From: an uncultured Solirubrobacterales bacterium
GTDB taxonomy: Bacteria; Actinomycetota; Thermoleophilia; Solirubrobacterales; Solirubrobacteraceae
Direction: 5' to 3'
NCBI GenBank assembly: GCA_963735885.1
Contig: CAVTMP010000010.1
Location: 95,016 to 159,015, forward strand
Length of the DNA: 64,000 nucleotides
How positions within the stretch are numbered: the first letter of the stretch is position 1; each line of letters opens with the position of its first letter. The notes below the pieces were generated by a model that worked only from the letters and a program-made list of their open reading frames with translations, searched no databases and was not told the origin of the DNA. Below, piece by piece: positions 39,704-50,834 of the stretch. The position numbers were made by a program, and so were the translations under genes.

Positions 39704-42574
39704 TCAGGGCGTCGTCACGTCGGCCGGCCCGGCGGCGGTGCTGCGTGCGTCCGGTGAGGTCCCAGGACCGCACGTAATAGCGATAGTCGGTGCCCGGGGC
39801 AACCGTCGCGTCGGTGTAGCTCGTCGCCGTTCCCTGCCACGAGATGAGCCGCCCGGTCTGGCCGCCTCCGTCCCGGTAGACGAGGTACCCGAAGGCCAGC
39901 GGATCGGGACTCGCCGTCCAGTCCACCCGACGGAGGTCGGACCGATCGCGGCCGCCGCCGGAGCCGAGGGCGGCCCGAGCGGCGCCTTCGGCGTCGTCAC
40001 CGCGAGCGGCGCGCCGGCCACGCTCTGGCGGCCGAGGAGGTCCCAGGTCTTCACCGTGTAGGTGTAGGCCGTGTTCGCCGCGACGGTCGTGTCGGTGAAG
40101 CTCGTCACCCCGCCCTGCCAGGACACGAGCCGGTTCGTCTGCCCGCCGCCGTCGCGGTAGACGAGGTAGCCGGCCGCCAGCGGATCGGGGCTCGGCGCCC
40201 AGGACAGGCCCGACCGAGTTCCAGGCCACCGTCCCGCTCGCCGGCGGGCCCAGGCGGGTCCAGCGGCACGGCCGGGCTCGACACCGTGGCCGGCGGCCCG
40301 AGCCCGCCGTTGGAGTAGGACGCCTTGACGGTGTAGGTGTACGCGACCCCGCGCGAGGCGGTCGTGTCCACGAACCCGGCGGTCTTGCCCTGCCACGAGA
40401 CGAGCTGGTTCGTCTGCCCGCCGCCGGTCCGGTAGACCATGTAGCCGTCGAAGGCCATCTCGCGGTTGAGGTTCCAGCCGAGCGACACGCCGTTCGACAC
40501 CCGCGTCGCGGTGAGCCCGGTGGGCGCCGACGGATCGCTCGGGTAGAGCGCGACCGTCTTCGTGTCGCTCAGCCCGCCGGGGTCGGTCACCGTCAGCTGG
40601 AGCTCGAGGTGCGCGGCGTACTCGTGGTCGATGGTCGGGAACGTCCCGCCCCGCGTGCCGGTGAAGGTCTGCAGGAAGTGGGTGTGGCACAGGGTCGGGT
40701 CGATCGGCGAGCAGTGGCGCAGGATGAGCGACCACGTGAAGGCGGAGTCCGGCAGGTTGGCCGTCTCGGCGTCGACGGCGCTGCCGGAGAAGGAGATCTG
40801 GTCGCCCACGAGCCAGCGCAGCGACGCCGCCGGACTGTCGATCGTCGCGACCGGCGCGGTGTTGCCGACCTGGATCTCCTGCTGCGCCGTCCCCGTGGCG
40901 CCGAGCTGGTCGGTGACGCGCAGGCGCACGGTGTAGGTCCCGGCGCTCGGGTAGGTCCGCGACGGGGTCGCGGAGGTCGAGTCGCCGTAGGTCCCGTCGC
41001 CGTCCAGGTCCCACGAGTAGGTCAGCACGTCGGCGGGGTCCGGGTCGCGTCGACCCGCGGCCGTCGAAGTTGACCGTCATCCCGGGCGGCCCGGTGGTCC
41101 GATCCGACTGGATCACCGCGGTCGGCGGCTGGTTCCCCGAGGTGTACCGCGCCCGATGGATCTTCCCGTCGACGATGTCGGCCCACCACAGGTCGCCGCC
41201 CGGACCGGTCACGAGCTTGACCGGGAACACGCTGCCGGCGAACCGCGCGAGGTTGTTGGGATCGGGCAGGCCGTTGGCGCCCTTCCGCATCACCCAGATG
41301 CACTGGCGCGTGTAGTCCGCCCAGAAGAGCCCGCCGTCGTAGGAGGACGGATAGGGCCCGCCGGCGCTCGGCGCGAACGCCACGCCGGAGATCGACTGGC
41401 CGCCGCCCTGGCACTGGTCGCCGGGGACCACGCGGTTGTACACGTACTGCGCGTAGTACGGCTTCACGTCGGTCCCGGCGGCGTACAGGCTGTCGCACAG
41501 CCCGGGATGGAGCGGCTGCCACGTCGTCTGCGGCTCGTTGCCCTCCCAGCACGGCCAGCCGAAGTTCGGCGCCGTGGCGCCGGTCGGGTTCTGGATCCGG
41601 TTGATCTCGTCCGCCGTGTCCCAGCCGACGTCGCCGCTGAAGATCTCGCTCGTGCCCGGCCGGAAGGTGAAGCGGAAGGGGTTGCGCAGGCCGTAGGCGA
41701 CGATCCGCTTCGCGTTCGCGTCGGCGCCGGGGGTGGTGAAGAAGGGGTTGCCGGCGACCGCGGCGCCGGTGTCGGGATCCACCCGGATGATCGAGCCGTC
41801 CAGGCTCGTGGGGTCTCCGAGCGTGCGCACGTCCTGCGAGCGGAAGGCGCCGCCCTCGGCGCTCGGCAGGCTCATCGGCCCGCCCACGCCGCCCGGCGGG
41901 TCGCCGCACGGGTTGACCTGCGGGGACCCGAACTGGCCGTAGTCGGCCGGCCGGTTGTAGCTCGCCCCCTCGCCGCCGCTGGCGTAGAGCATCCCGTCGG
42001 GGCCGAACTGGAGGTCGCCGATCGAGTGGCTCGGGAACTGCTGGCACCAGTCGTTGATCAGCACCTGCTCGCCCGTCGACTGGTTGCCCGAGAGCGTGAG
42101 GCGCGCCAGGCGGCCGCTCACCACGCAGCCGTTGTCGTTCGCCCCGGGCGGGTCCGGGCAGCCGTCGTCGTCGCTGTTCGGGCTGCCCCAGGTCGGCGCG
42201 GAGCCACCGACCGGCGCGTCGTAGGTGTAGAGCACGTAGAGGTAGGGGCGGGTCGGGAACTGCGGATCCAGCGCCATGCCGAGCAGCCCGCGGTCCCCGA
42301 AGCTGTGCGTCGCCGTCCGCAGGTCGGCGACGACGTCCGGCGTCGTGTCGCTGGCCGAGTCGAAGACCTTCACGACGCCGCGCTTCTCGGCGACGAAGAC
42401 GCGGCCGTCGGGCGCGAAGGCGAAGTTCACCGGCTGGTTGAGCCCCGAGAAGACCGCCACGTCCTGGAAGCCCGAGGGGAGCACGGAGGCCCCGGCGCCG
42501 GGCGCGCCGACCGCGGCCACGAGGAGCGTCGCGGCGAGCACGGCGAGATGGCGGAGTGGGCGGGTCGAGAGCAT
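39704..42574 (-). pseudogene. Secreted PQQ-dependent sugar dehydrogenase-like beta-propeller + PKD + Ig-like + 3 x FN3 protein, at least 5 frame changes as sequenced
   Basis: Signal peptide from ATG 42574, then a propeller (FAFAPDGRVFVAEKRG, GLRNPFRF, GWPCWEG). The PKD domain (LTYSWDLDGDGTYG) follows in the next frame. The three FN3-like repeats (GYxVYRxGGGQTxxLxSWQG) are in alternating frames. Confidence 0.8.
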
Positions 42575-42723
42575 GCGGACGCGGGCCGCGCGGCGCTCAG
42601 GGCCCACGGAACCCGAACCTACCGGTGCCCCGGCATTCCTCCCACGCCCTCATACCGGCCCCATACGTCCGCCGGCGCCGGCGCCGAGTCGCGGCGCTCG
42701 AGGCCCCCGCCCGGCCGGCCGCA

Positions 42724-43389
42724 TCAGGCCTCGACGAGGCCCTTGACGCCGAGGTAGGTGAAGTAGACGCCGACCAGCAGCGTGATCACCGCGAGCACGG
42801 CCGGCGCCCACGCGAAGATGCGATCGCGCAGGCGGCCGAGGGCCGGCTCGATGCGCTCGCCGGCGACGACCCGCGCGACGAGGATCGCGACGAGCGGCGC
42901 GATGTAGCAGAGGTTGAAGACCACCATGAGCGTCGCCGACACCGCCGTGCCCGGGTCCTCCTTGACGATCGCCGCGATCACCGCGAAGTACGGGAAGGCG
43001 GTCGGCAGGTCCACCGCCGTCATGCCCGCGCCGAGCGCGAGCATCGAGCCGGGGTGCAGGGCCTTCTCCGGGATCTCGCGCTGGGTGACCCGGTGCCGGT
43101 GGCGCCACCCGATCCCGGCGACCACGAACGCTCCCAGGCCGATGACCAGCCCGATGACGGCGTTCAGCGTGTCGGAGAGGCCCTCGGTCGCGGTGCGCAG
43201 GAGGAAGGCCGGCCCGAAGAGCAGCAGCAGACCGCCCCCGAGGTAGAGCAGGAAGATCCCGGTGATGTACCCGGCGAGCCGCCACGCGGGGCGCTCGGTG
43301 GTGGCGATGAAGATCCCCACCGCGATCGTGATGGGGTTCAGCGAGTCGGCGAGTCCGAGGCCGACGACCAGCGGGAGCAGATGGCTCAT
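42724..43389 (-). CDS. GAP-family (DUF2910-like) integral membrane protein
   Basis: Intact 221-aa polytopic ORF beginning MSHLLPLVVGLGLADSLNPITIAV. Confidence 0.65.
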   Translation of the reverse strand: MSHLLPLVVGLGLADSLNPITIAVGIFIATTERPAWRLAGYITGIFLLYLGGGLLLLFGPAFLLRTATEGLSDTLNAVIGLVIGLGAFVVAGIGWRHRHRVTQREIPEKALHPGSMLALGAGMTAVDLPTAFPYFAVIAAIVKEDPGTAVSATLMVVFNLCYIAPLVAILVARVVAGERIEPALGRLRDRIFAWAPAVLAVITLLVGVYFTYLGVKGLVEA

Positions 43390-43408
43390 GCCAGGGGCCG
43401 GCCGGCCG

Positions 43409-44971
43409 TCACAGCGACTTCTTCAGCAGGCCGAAGATCCCGCGCACGACCTCGCGCTGCATCGCCTTGCCCTGGCGGCTGCCGAGGAACGAGCCGATCG
43501 CCTCCGCCCCGCCGCCCAGCGCGGAGGCGGCCTCCTTCGCCTCATCCGTGGAGCCCTTCGCCTCGCCCTCGGCCCCGGCGGGCTGCCCGGCCTCGCCGCC
43601 GTCCGCCGCCCGGCGCCGCGCCGGCCGGCGCCGCCAGCCGCCCGGCGAGCATCTCGCGCGCGCTCTGGGCGTCGACCCGCTCGCCGTAGGTCGCCCACAG
43701 CGGCGAGGCCTTCGCCGCGCCCTCGACGTCGTCGGCCGGCCCCATGCGGGAGGCGGGGGCGACGATGCGCGTGTGCACGACCGGCGTGGGCACGCCCGAC
43801 TCGGAGAGGATGGTGACCGCGGCCTCGCCGATGCCCATGCCCGTGAGGAGCGCGCCGAGGTCGTAGAACTCCGAGGCGGGGAAGGTCTTGACCGTCGCGC
43901 GCAGCGCCTTCTCGTCGTCGGGCGTGAAGGCCCGCAGCGCGTGCTGGACCCGGTTGCCGAGCTGGCCGAGCACGTCGCCCGGGACGTCCTTCGGCGTCTG
44001 GGTGACGAAGAACACGCCGACGCCCTTGGAGCGGATGAGCCGCACCGTCTGGGTCACCGACTCGAGGAACGCCTTCGTCGCGTCCGCGAACAGCAGGTGC
44101 GCCTCGTCGAAGAAGAACGCGAGCTTCGGCTTGTCGAGGTCGCCGGCCTCGGGGAGCTCCTCGAAGAGCTCGGCCAGCAGCCACATGAGCGCGGTCGAGA
44201 AGAGGGCCGGCTTGTCCTGGACGGCCGGCAGCTCGAGGCACGAGATGATCCCCCGGCCGTCCGGCGCGGTGCGCATGAGGTCGGCGATCTTCAGCTGCGG
44301 CTCGCCGAAGAACTCGTTGCCGCCGCCGCCCTCCAGCCCGACGAGCGCGCGGAGCAGGACGCCGACGGTCTGCGAGGAGAGCCCGCCGATGCCCTCGAGC
44401 TCCGGCCCGCCGGCCTCGGAGTCGAGGAAGGCGAGCAGGGCGCGGAGGTCGGAGAGGTCGAGCAGCGGGAGCGCCTTCTCGTCGGCGTAGTGGAAGACGA
44501 GGCCGAGGCTCTGCTCCTGGGTCTCGTTGGCGCCGAGCACCTTGGCCATGAGCTGCGGCCCGAAGTCCGACACCGTGGCGCGCACCGGGACGCCCGGCCC
44601 GATCCCGCCGAGCGAGAGGAACTCCACGGGGAACCCGGTCGGCGCGAACGGCACGCCGAGGTCGGCCGCGCGCTTCTCCGCCGGGCCGCCGGCCTGCGCC
44701 CGGGCCGGCGAGGCCCGAGACGTCGCCCTTCACGTCGGCGACGAACACCGGGACGCCCGCGGCGGAGAGCTGCTCGGCCATGGCCTGGAGCGTCTTCGTC
44801 TTGCCGGTGCCGGTCGCGCCGGCGACGAGCCCGTGGCGGTTGACCATGGCCAGCGGCAGCTTCACCACGCGCCTCCGGCACCACCGCGCCGTCGTGGACG
44901 CCGCGGCCGAGGTCGATCGCCGCGCCCTCGGTCGCGTAGGCCTGTGCGATCGTCGCTCCGAACTCCGCCAT
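43409..44971 (-). pseudogene. HerA-like P-loop ATPase of the DUF853 (YjgR) family, 3 frame changes as sequenced
   Basis: [10 protein letters not shown]... runs from 44971. Walker [12 protein letters not shown] is in the next frame. The body ([20 protein letters not shown]) is in the 43542..44654 frame. The family-like C-terminus (...[15 protein letters not shown]) is in a further frame ending at 43409. Confidence 0.8.
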
Positions 44972-45018
44972 CCGCGTCGGTCCCCCTCGCTCGACTCCAG
45001 GTCGCGGCCGGACGCTAG

Positions 45019-46578
45019 ATGATCGCCCGCGCGCTCGCGCCTCGCGAGGCGGCGCGTGCGATGATCGGCCGCGTGCCACCGCGGACCCGCTACGCGCGCA
45101 ACGGCGAGGTGAACGTCGCCTACCAGGTCGTCGGCGACGGGCCGATCGACCTGCTGTTCGTGCCGGGCTTCGTCTCGAACCTCGACGCCGCCTGGGCGGT
45201 CCCCCAGATCGGTGCGATGTTCCGCTCGCTCGCGCGCTTCTCCCGCCTGATCATCCACGACAAGCGCGGCACGGGACTCTCCGACCCCGTCGTCGGGGTG
45301 GCCACGCTCGAGCAGCGGATGGAGGACATCCACGCGGTGCTCGACGCGGTGGGCTCGGAGCGGGCCGCGCTGTTCGGGATCTCCGAGGGCGGGCCGGCGA
45401 GCCTGCTGTTCGCGGCGACCTATCCGCAGCGGACGGCGGCGCTGGTGATCTACGGCTCGTTCGCGCGCGGGACGCCGGGCGAGGACGAGCAGGATCGCGG
45501 GTCGCTCGGCGACGACGCGCTGGGGAAGCTCACCGACATCGTCTCGAACCACTGGGGCGACGGCCGCACCCTCGATCTCTTCACCCCGAGCCTCGCCGCT
45601 CGCGGTGAGCGGGAGCGGGAGTCGCGCGCGCTCTTCGAGCGGGCGTCCGCGAGCCCGGCGCTGGCCGCCGCGGTCCTCCAGGCGGTGCGCGAGGTCGACG
45701 TCACCGAGGCGCTCGGCGCGGTGCGGGTGCCGACGCTCGTCCTGCACCGCACGGGGGACGTCATCCCGATCGACGGCGGCCGCTACATCGCCGAGCGCGT
45801 CGCCGGCGCGCGGATGATCGAGCTGGCCGGCGACGACCATGCGCCGTGGTTCGACGGCGAGCAGATCGTCCGCGAGATCGAGCGCTTCCTCACCGGGACC
45901 GGCGAGGCGCCGACCCCCGACCGCCTGCTCGCCACCGTGCTCTTCACCGACATCGTCGACTCGACCCGGATGGCGGGCGAGCTCGGCGACGCGCGCTGGC
46001 GGGAGGTCCTCGCCGCGCACGACGCCATCGTGCGCGACCACCTCGGCGCCTACGGCGGTCGCGAGGTCAAGCACACCGGCGACGGGTTCCTCGCCACCTT
46101 CGACGGACCGGCCCGGGCCGTCCGCTGCGCCTGCGCGGCGCGCGACGAGGTCGCCGAGCGCACCGACCTCGCGATCCGCGCCGGCCTCCACACCGGCGAG
46201 TGCGAGGTCGTGGGCGAGGACGTCGCGGGGATGGCGATCCACATCGGCGCGCGCGTGGCGGCGGAGGCGGGCCCGGGCGAGGTGCTCGTCTCCGGGACCG
46301 TGCGCGACCTCGTCGTCGGCTCGGAGATCGCCTTCGAGGACCGCGGCAGCCGCCCGCTGAAGGGCGTGCCGGGGGAGTGGCGGCTGCTGCGCGTGCGCGA
46401 CAGCGCCGAGGACTCGAAGGTCGGGACGCCGACCGAGCCCGAGCCGGTCGGCGCGCGCGAGCGCGCGTTCCTCGCCACCGCCCGCCGGGCGCCGTGGCTC
46501 GCGCAGCTCCCCTACCGGCGCGAGCTGCGCCAGCGGCGGCGCGAGGCGGCGCGCGCGGGCGCGGCCGGCCGGGCCTGA
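45019..46578 (+). CDS. Alpha/beta-hydrolase domain fused to a class III adenylate/guanylate cyclase domain (LipJ-like architecture)
   Basis: Hydrolase nucleophile elbow GISEGG. The cyclase domain has [20 protein letters not shown] and GLHTGE. The start may be the ATG at 45061 rather than 45019. Confidence 0.85.
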   Translation: MIARALAPREAARAMIGRVPPRTRYARNGEVNVAYQVVGDGPIDLLFVPGFVSNLDAAWAVPQIGAMFRSLARFSRLIIHDKRGTGLSDPVVGVATLEQRMEDIHAVLDAVGSERAALFGISEGGPASLLFAATYPQRTAALVIYGSFARGTPGEDEQDRGSLGDDALGKLTDIVSNHWGDGRTLDLFTPSLAARGERERESRALFERASASPALAAAVLQAVREVDVTEALGAVRVPTLVLHRTGDVIPIDGGRYIAERVAGARMIELAGDDHAPWFDGEQIVREIERFLTGTGEAPTPDRLLATVLFTDIVDSTRMAGELGDARWREVLAAHDAIVRDHLGAYGGREVKHTGDGFLATFDGPARAVRCACAARDEVAERTDLAIRAGLHTGECEVVGEDVAGMAIHIGARVAAEAGPGEVLVSGTVRDLVVGSEIAFEDRGSRPLKGVPGEWRLLRVRDSAEDSKVGTPTEPEPVGARERAFLATARRAPWLAQLPYRRELRQRRREAARAGAAGRA

Positions 46579-46614
46579 GCGTCGGCCGCCGTCGCCTGGG
46601 CCGCGGCGCGGGTG

Positions 46615-48027
46615 TCAGGCGTCGGACGCCGGTGCGGAGGCGACCCCGGCACGGCGGTCCCACTCCGCCTCGATGTCCTCGAGCGGCACGTCCTTCGTCT
46701 CCGGGACGAGGAACAGGCAGAAGAGCCAGGTGAAGACGCCGATCCCCGCGTAGATGAAGAACGTCGCGCTGCGGCCGGCGGCGGCGATCAGCGGGAGGAA
46801 CGTGAGCGACACGATGAAGTTGAAGGTCCAGTTCGACATCGTGCCGATGCCCGCGGCCTTCGCCCGGACGCGCAGCGGGTAGATCTCGGCGTTGAGCAGC
46901 CAGAAGATCGCGCCGAGGCTGATCGCGAAGGAGCCGACGTAGGCCATGAGCGAGATGACCGCCATCGGCCCGATGACGCTCGAGTCGCTCGGCAGCGTGA
47001 ACGCGATCCCGAGCGAGACGAGCGAGAGCACCATCCCGGCCACGCCGGTGAGCAGCAGCTGGCGGCGGCCGAAGCTCCGCAGCAGCCGGATGGCGAGGAT
47101 CGTCGCGCCGACGTTGACGATGCCGACGCCGATCGAGGCGAGGATCGCGGAGGCCGAGGAGTCGATGCCGGCGAACTCGACGATCGTCGGGGCGTAGTAG
47201 ATGACGGTGTTGATGCCGGTGATCTGCTGGAGGACCGCGAGGCCGACGCCGACGAGCAGCGCGGCGCGCATGACCGGCGTGAGCAGATCGCGGTAGGTGC
47301 CCTGATCCTGCTGGAGGGTCGCCTCGATCTCGGCGAGCTCGGCGTCCACCGCGTCCTCGTCGGCGCCCCGCAGGCCGCGCAGCGTGGCGCGGGCCTCGCC
47401 GCGCTCGCCGATCATCACGAGCCAGCGCGGGCTGCGCGGCATGTAGAGCATCCCGGCGCCGAGCGCGATCGCGGGAATCGCGCCGAGCCCGAGCATCTCG
47501 CGCCAGCCCTCGCTCGGCTCGAAGATGAGCCCGACGAGGTAGGCGACGAGGATGCCCACGGTCACCGCGAGCTGGAAGAGCGTCACGAGCTGGCCGCGGA
47601 CCTCCACGGGCGCGACCTCCGCGATGTAGACCGGGCACGTCGCCGAGGCGAGACCGACGGCGATGCCGAGGAGGACGCGGAAGACGACGAGCACCGTCGC
47701 GTCCGGCGACACCGCGCAGCCGATCGAGCCGGCGATGAAGATCACCGAGGCGAAGAGGATCATCCGCCGGCGGCCGTAGCGGTCGGCGAGGGTGCCGGCG
47801 ATCGGCGCCCCGATGATCGCCCCGAGCGTGACCGCGCTGACCACCGCGCCCTGGCCGAAGTCGCCGAGGTGGAAGTCGTTGCGGATGAAGAGGATCGCCG
47901 AGGCGACGATGCCCGTGTCGTAGCCGAACAGCAGGCCGCCGAGCGCCGCGACGATCGCCGTCACGATGACGTTGCGCCGTCCGTGCGACGACTCCTGCGC
48001 TCGCAGCTCCTCCTTCCGCGAGGTCAT
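46615..48027 (-). CDS. MFS sugar porter family transporter
   Basis: Intact 470-aa 12-TM ORF with sugar-porter signatures (GYDTG, GRRRMI, PESPRW-like PRSPRWL, PETKD). Confidence 0.9.
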   Translation of the reverse strand: MTSRKEELRAQESSHGRRNVIVTAIVAALGGLLFGYDTGIVASAILFIRNDFHLGDFGQGAVVSAVTLGAIIGAPIAGTLADRYGRRRMILFASVIFIAGSIGCAVSPDATVLVVFRVLLGIAVGLASATCPVYIAEVAPVEVRGQLVTLFQLAVTVGILVAYLVGLIFEPSEGWREMLGLGAIPAIALGAGMLYMPRSPRWLVMIGERGEARATLRGLRGADEDAVDAELAEIEATLQQDQGTYRDLLTPVMRAALLVGVGLAVLQQITGINTVIYYAPTIVEFAGIDSSASAILASIGVGIVNVGATILAIRLLRSFGRRQLLLTGVAGMVLSLVSLGIAFTLPSDSSVIGPMAVISLMAYVGSFAISLGAIFWLLNAEIYPLRVRAKAAGIGTMSNWTFNFIVSLTFLPLIAAAGRSATFFIYAGIGVFTWLFCLFLVPETKDVPLEDIEAEWDRRAGVASAPASDA

Positions 48028-48069
48028 CGCCGCGGACCCTACGGCCTCCGGCGGTCGTCGGGTGAACGC

Positions 48070-49129
48070 TCAGCCGGCGGTCGTCGCCGGCGCGGCCGCG
48101 GTCCGCTCCGGGGGCGCGTCGGGCGCCTCGGCGTGCGCGCCCCGGCGGGCGGCCTCGGCCCGTGCGCGGGCGATGCCGCCGTGCTCGAGCGCGGCGAGCG
48201 GCGAGGTGCCCGAGAAGACCTCGCGGCCCCGCCGCCGCAGCACGACCCGCATCGTCCCGCCGAGGTGCTCGAGCGCGCCCGGGCACGTTGCGCCGCTCCG
48301 CCGGCAGGGGCACGGGCAGGACGTGGGCGGCGGCGAGCGGCGCGGTGCCCTCGACCTCGACCGCCCAGCGCGGCGAGCGTCCGCGCAGCGACCAGCGCTC
48401 GTCGCCGACCTCGGCCCTTACCGGCGAGAGCACCGGGTCGCCGAGGCGCACGAGGTGCTCCCCGGCGCGGACGACGACGGCCGTGACCTCGGTGCGCAGC
48501 CCCGGCGCCTCGATGACGCCGCCGGCGAAGGCGACGCAGGCGGTCGGGTCGGAGTCGAAGGCGTGCGCCTGGCCCCACCACCACGCCGGCGGGAAGCCGC
48601 CGCGGCCCCAGTTCTTCTCGGCGTAGACCTCGGCGCCGTCGAGGTCCCACGTCTCGCCGCCGAGCGTCGCGGTGCCCTGAGCGTGTCCGCCGAGCAGCCA
48701 CGGGTGCCAGTACTGGTTGAGCGCCGGGACGGTCTGGAAGACCGACGAGCCGCCCAGCGCGCGCCGCGGCCACGGACGCGGGTCGCGGATGCGGACGTCG
48801 AGGCGGGCGTCGGCGCCGAGGTCCACGCGGAGGCGGTCCGCCTCTCCGGCGAAGGCCGTGCCGGCCCGGGCGCCGAGGCGACCCGGGTCGGCCCAGCCGT
48901 GGGGGTGCGCGGCGGTGCGCAGGAAGCCGATCGGGTGGGCCGCGAGCCCGAGGGTGGCCCACGGCCCGGCGGGCGAAGCGTTCACCCCGCACAGCGCGAT
49001 GACGACGCGCCCGCGCGCGACGTCGGTGAATCGCCAGAAGTAGCCCTCCATCGCCACGCCCGGATGGGCGGGCAGCGGATCGCCGAACGGCGGGTCGGCC
49101 CCGGTGGCGCGATAGGCGCTCAGCAGCAC
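48070..49129 (-). pseudogene. Tocopherol cyclase-like (PF14249-type) protein, one frame change as sequenced
   Basis: GTG at 49129. The blocks MEGYFWRF, NQYWHPWLLGG, YAEKNWG and WWWGQA are present. The last ~60 aa are in the 48070..48252 frame. The junction lies near 48280. Confidence 0.65.
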
Positions 49130-49297
49130 CCGGCAAGGATGGCGCACGGGCGGGGCGGCGGGGCGCCGGGTGTGGGACCGAGGCGGTTCCCCGTTGCGAC
49201 CCCCACGCCGCGCCGGTAAGTTGGCACGCGCGCCAACACGCCCCGTCGTGCGGGCGCCCAGGTCGTCCCGCCGTCGTCCCCGCTGCCCAGGAGAGCC

Positions 49298-50794
49298 ATG
49301 CGTCCCCGCCTCGCCGCCGCCGTCCCGGCCCTCGCCGCCCTCGCCGGCGCGCTCGCCGTCCCCGCCGCCGCGGGCGCGGCCGTCCCGATCCCGCAGGGCA
49401 CTCCGCCGACGTCGCTGCCCGCCTACTCCGGCCACCCCGCGACCGCGCACCCGATCTCGGTCCCGCTCCCGCCACGCCACCCGTTCATGGCGCCGAACGG
49501 CAACAGCAACCTCCACGACGACCCGTGGATGACCGACACCTACAACCGCCGCGGGCCGCTCGGACGCAACCCGGTCACCTTCTCGAACAACCTCAGCCGC
49601 GTGTGCGGCACGATGACCTTCAACCGCCGCGGCGAGATCCTGACGGTGTGCGTCGCGCCGGGCGGCCCGCGGCTCTTCAAGCTCGACCCGCGCACGCTCG
49701 ACGTCAAGGCCGAGTTCACGCTGCCGCCCAAGCCGACGCCCCCGCCGGGCACGAACATCTTCCAGGACTTCACCGGCGGCGGGTACTTCTACCTCGACGA
49801 CCGGGAGCGGGTCGTCACGCCGACCACGACGCGCCACATCTGGGTCGTCGCCCAGCGCGGCGCCGGCTTCGCGCGCGTGCGCGACTACGACGTCTCGAAG
49901 GGCCTGAAGGCCGACGAGAAGATCAGCTCCGCCCTGCCGGACTGGAAGGGCCGGATCTGGTTCGTCACGAAGTCGCGCGGGACGGTGGGGTACGTCGAGC
50001 CGCGCAGCGGTCGCGTGTTCACCCGGCGGCTGAACGAGGAGGTGGAGAACTCCTTCGCGATCGCGAAGGAGGGCGTCTACATCGCCTCCGACAAGCGCCA
50101 GTACCGCTTCGAGGCCTCCGCCCGGGGGCCGCGCCTGGTGTGGTCGGTGCGCTACCGCAACAGCGGCATCCGCAAGCCGAGCCAGGTCGACGCCGGCACC
50201 GGCACGACGCCGACGATCATGGCCGGCGGGTACGTCACGATCACCGACAACGCGGACCCGATGAACGTCGTCGTCTACCGCCGCGCCGCGAAGCTGCGCC
50301 GCGGCCAGCGGCGGACGGTCTGCGAGGTCCCCGTCTTCCGCAAGGGCCGCAGCGCGACGGAGAACTCGCTCATCGCGGCGGGCCGCTCGATCATCGTCGA
50401 GAACAACTACGGCTACGAGGACCCGACCTCCGTGTCGGGCGGGAAGGTCACCGAGCCGGGCGTCACGCGCGTCGACGTCGCGCGGAACGGGAGGGGCTGC
50501 CGGGTCGTGTGGCGGAACACCACCGAGCGGGCGCCGACCGTGGTGCCGAAGCTCTCGCTGAAGACCGGCCTCGTCCACCTCTACACGAAGGACCCCGACC
50601 CGGCCGGGACGAGCGATCCGTGGTACTGGACGACGCTCGACTTCCGGACGGGCCGCCTCGTCTACAAGGTCTTCTCGGGAACCGGGACGAGCTACAACAA
50701 CAACTACGCGGGGATCATCCTCGGGCCGGACGGCACGGCCTACCTCGGCGCCATCGGCGGCCCCGTCGCGCTGCGCGACGGGGCGGTGCGGTAG
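49298..50794 (+). CDS. Secreted hypothetical protein, predicted beta-propeller-like
   Basis: Intact 498-aa ORF with an RBS (GGAGAG) and signal peptide (AALAGALAVPAAAGA). It is beta-rich and repetitive. I cannot name a family. Confidence 0.7.
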   Translation: MRPRLAAAVPALAALAGALAVPAAAGAAVPIPQGTPPTSLPAYSGHPATAHPISVPLPPRHPFMAPNGNSNLHDDPWMTDTYNRRGPLGRNPVTFSNNLSRVCGTMTFNRRGEILTVCVAPGGPRLFKLDPRTLDVKAEFTLPPKPTPPPGTNIFQDFTGGGYFYLDDRERVVTPTTTRHIWVVAQRGAGFARVRDYDVSKGLKADEKISSALPDWKGRIWFVTKSRGTVGYVEPRSGRVFTRRLNEEVENSFAIAKEGVYIASDKRQYRFEASARGPRLVWSVRYRNSGIRKPSQVDAGTGTTPTIMAGGYVTITDNADPMNVVVYRRAAKLRRGQRRTVCEVPVFRKGRSATENSLIAAGRSIIVENNYGYEDPTSVSGGKVTEPGVTRVDVARNGRGCRVVWRNTTERAPTVVPKLSLKTGLVHLYTKDPDPAGTSDPWYWTTLDFRTGRLVYKVFSGTGTSYNNNYAGIILGPDGTAYLGAIGGPVALRDGAVR

Positions 50795-50834
50795 GGGCGC
50801 GGCCGGCGCGGCTCCGAGCGGCCGCGCGCCCTAC
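50791..50834. terminator. Hairpin spanning both stop codons of convergent genes (bidirectional terminator candidate)
   Basis: gtaggggcgcggcc ... ggccgcgcgccctac, with arms complementary apart from one bulge. Confidence 0.45.

Noticed and set aside
27337-44971. Programmed ribosomal frameshifting or recoding as the explanation for the frame changes
   Set aside because: There are far too many sites per gene (up to about 9). They lack shared slippery heptamers or downstream structures, and they occur in unrelated housekeeping-type enzyme families never reported to use recoding.
49221-49236. TTGGCACGCGCGCCAA motif in the divergent promoter region, superficially like a sigma-54 -24 element (TGGCAC) or a palindromic operator
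   Set aside because: There is no TTGC -12 element at the right spacing. Sigma-54 is not expected in this lineage. Only the 6-bp arms GTTGGC/GCCAAC are complementary, which is weak in GC-rich DNA.
46067-50578. 1503-aa minus-strand ORF
   Set aside because: Only the internal segment of about 290 aa (tocopherol-cyclase-like) is protein-like. The remainder is antisense to the intact MFS transporter and the secreted beta-propeller gene.
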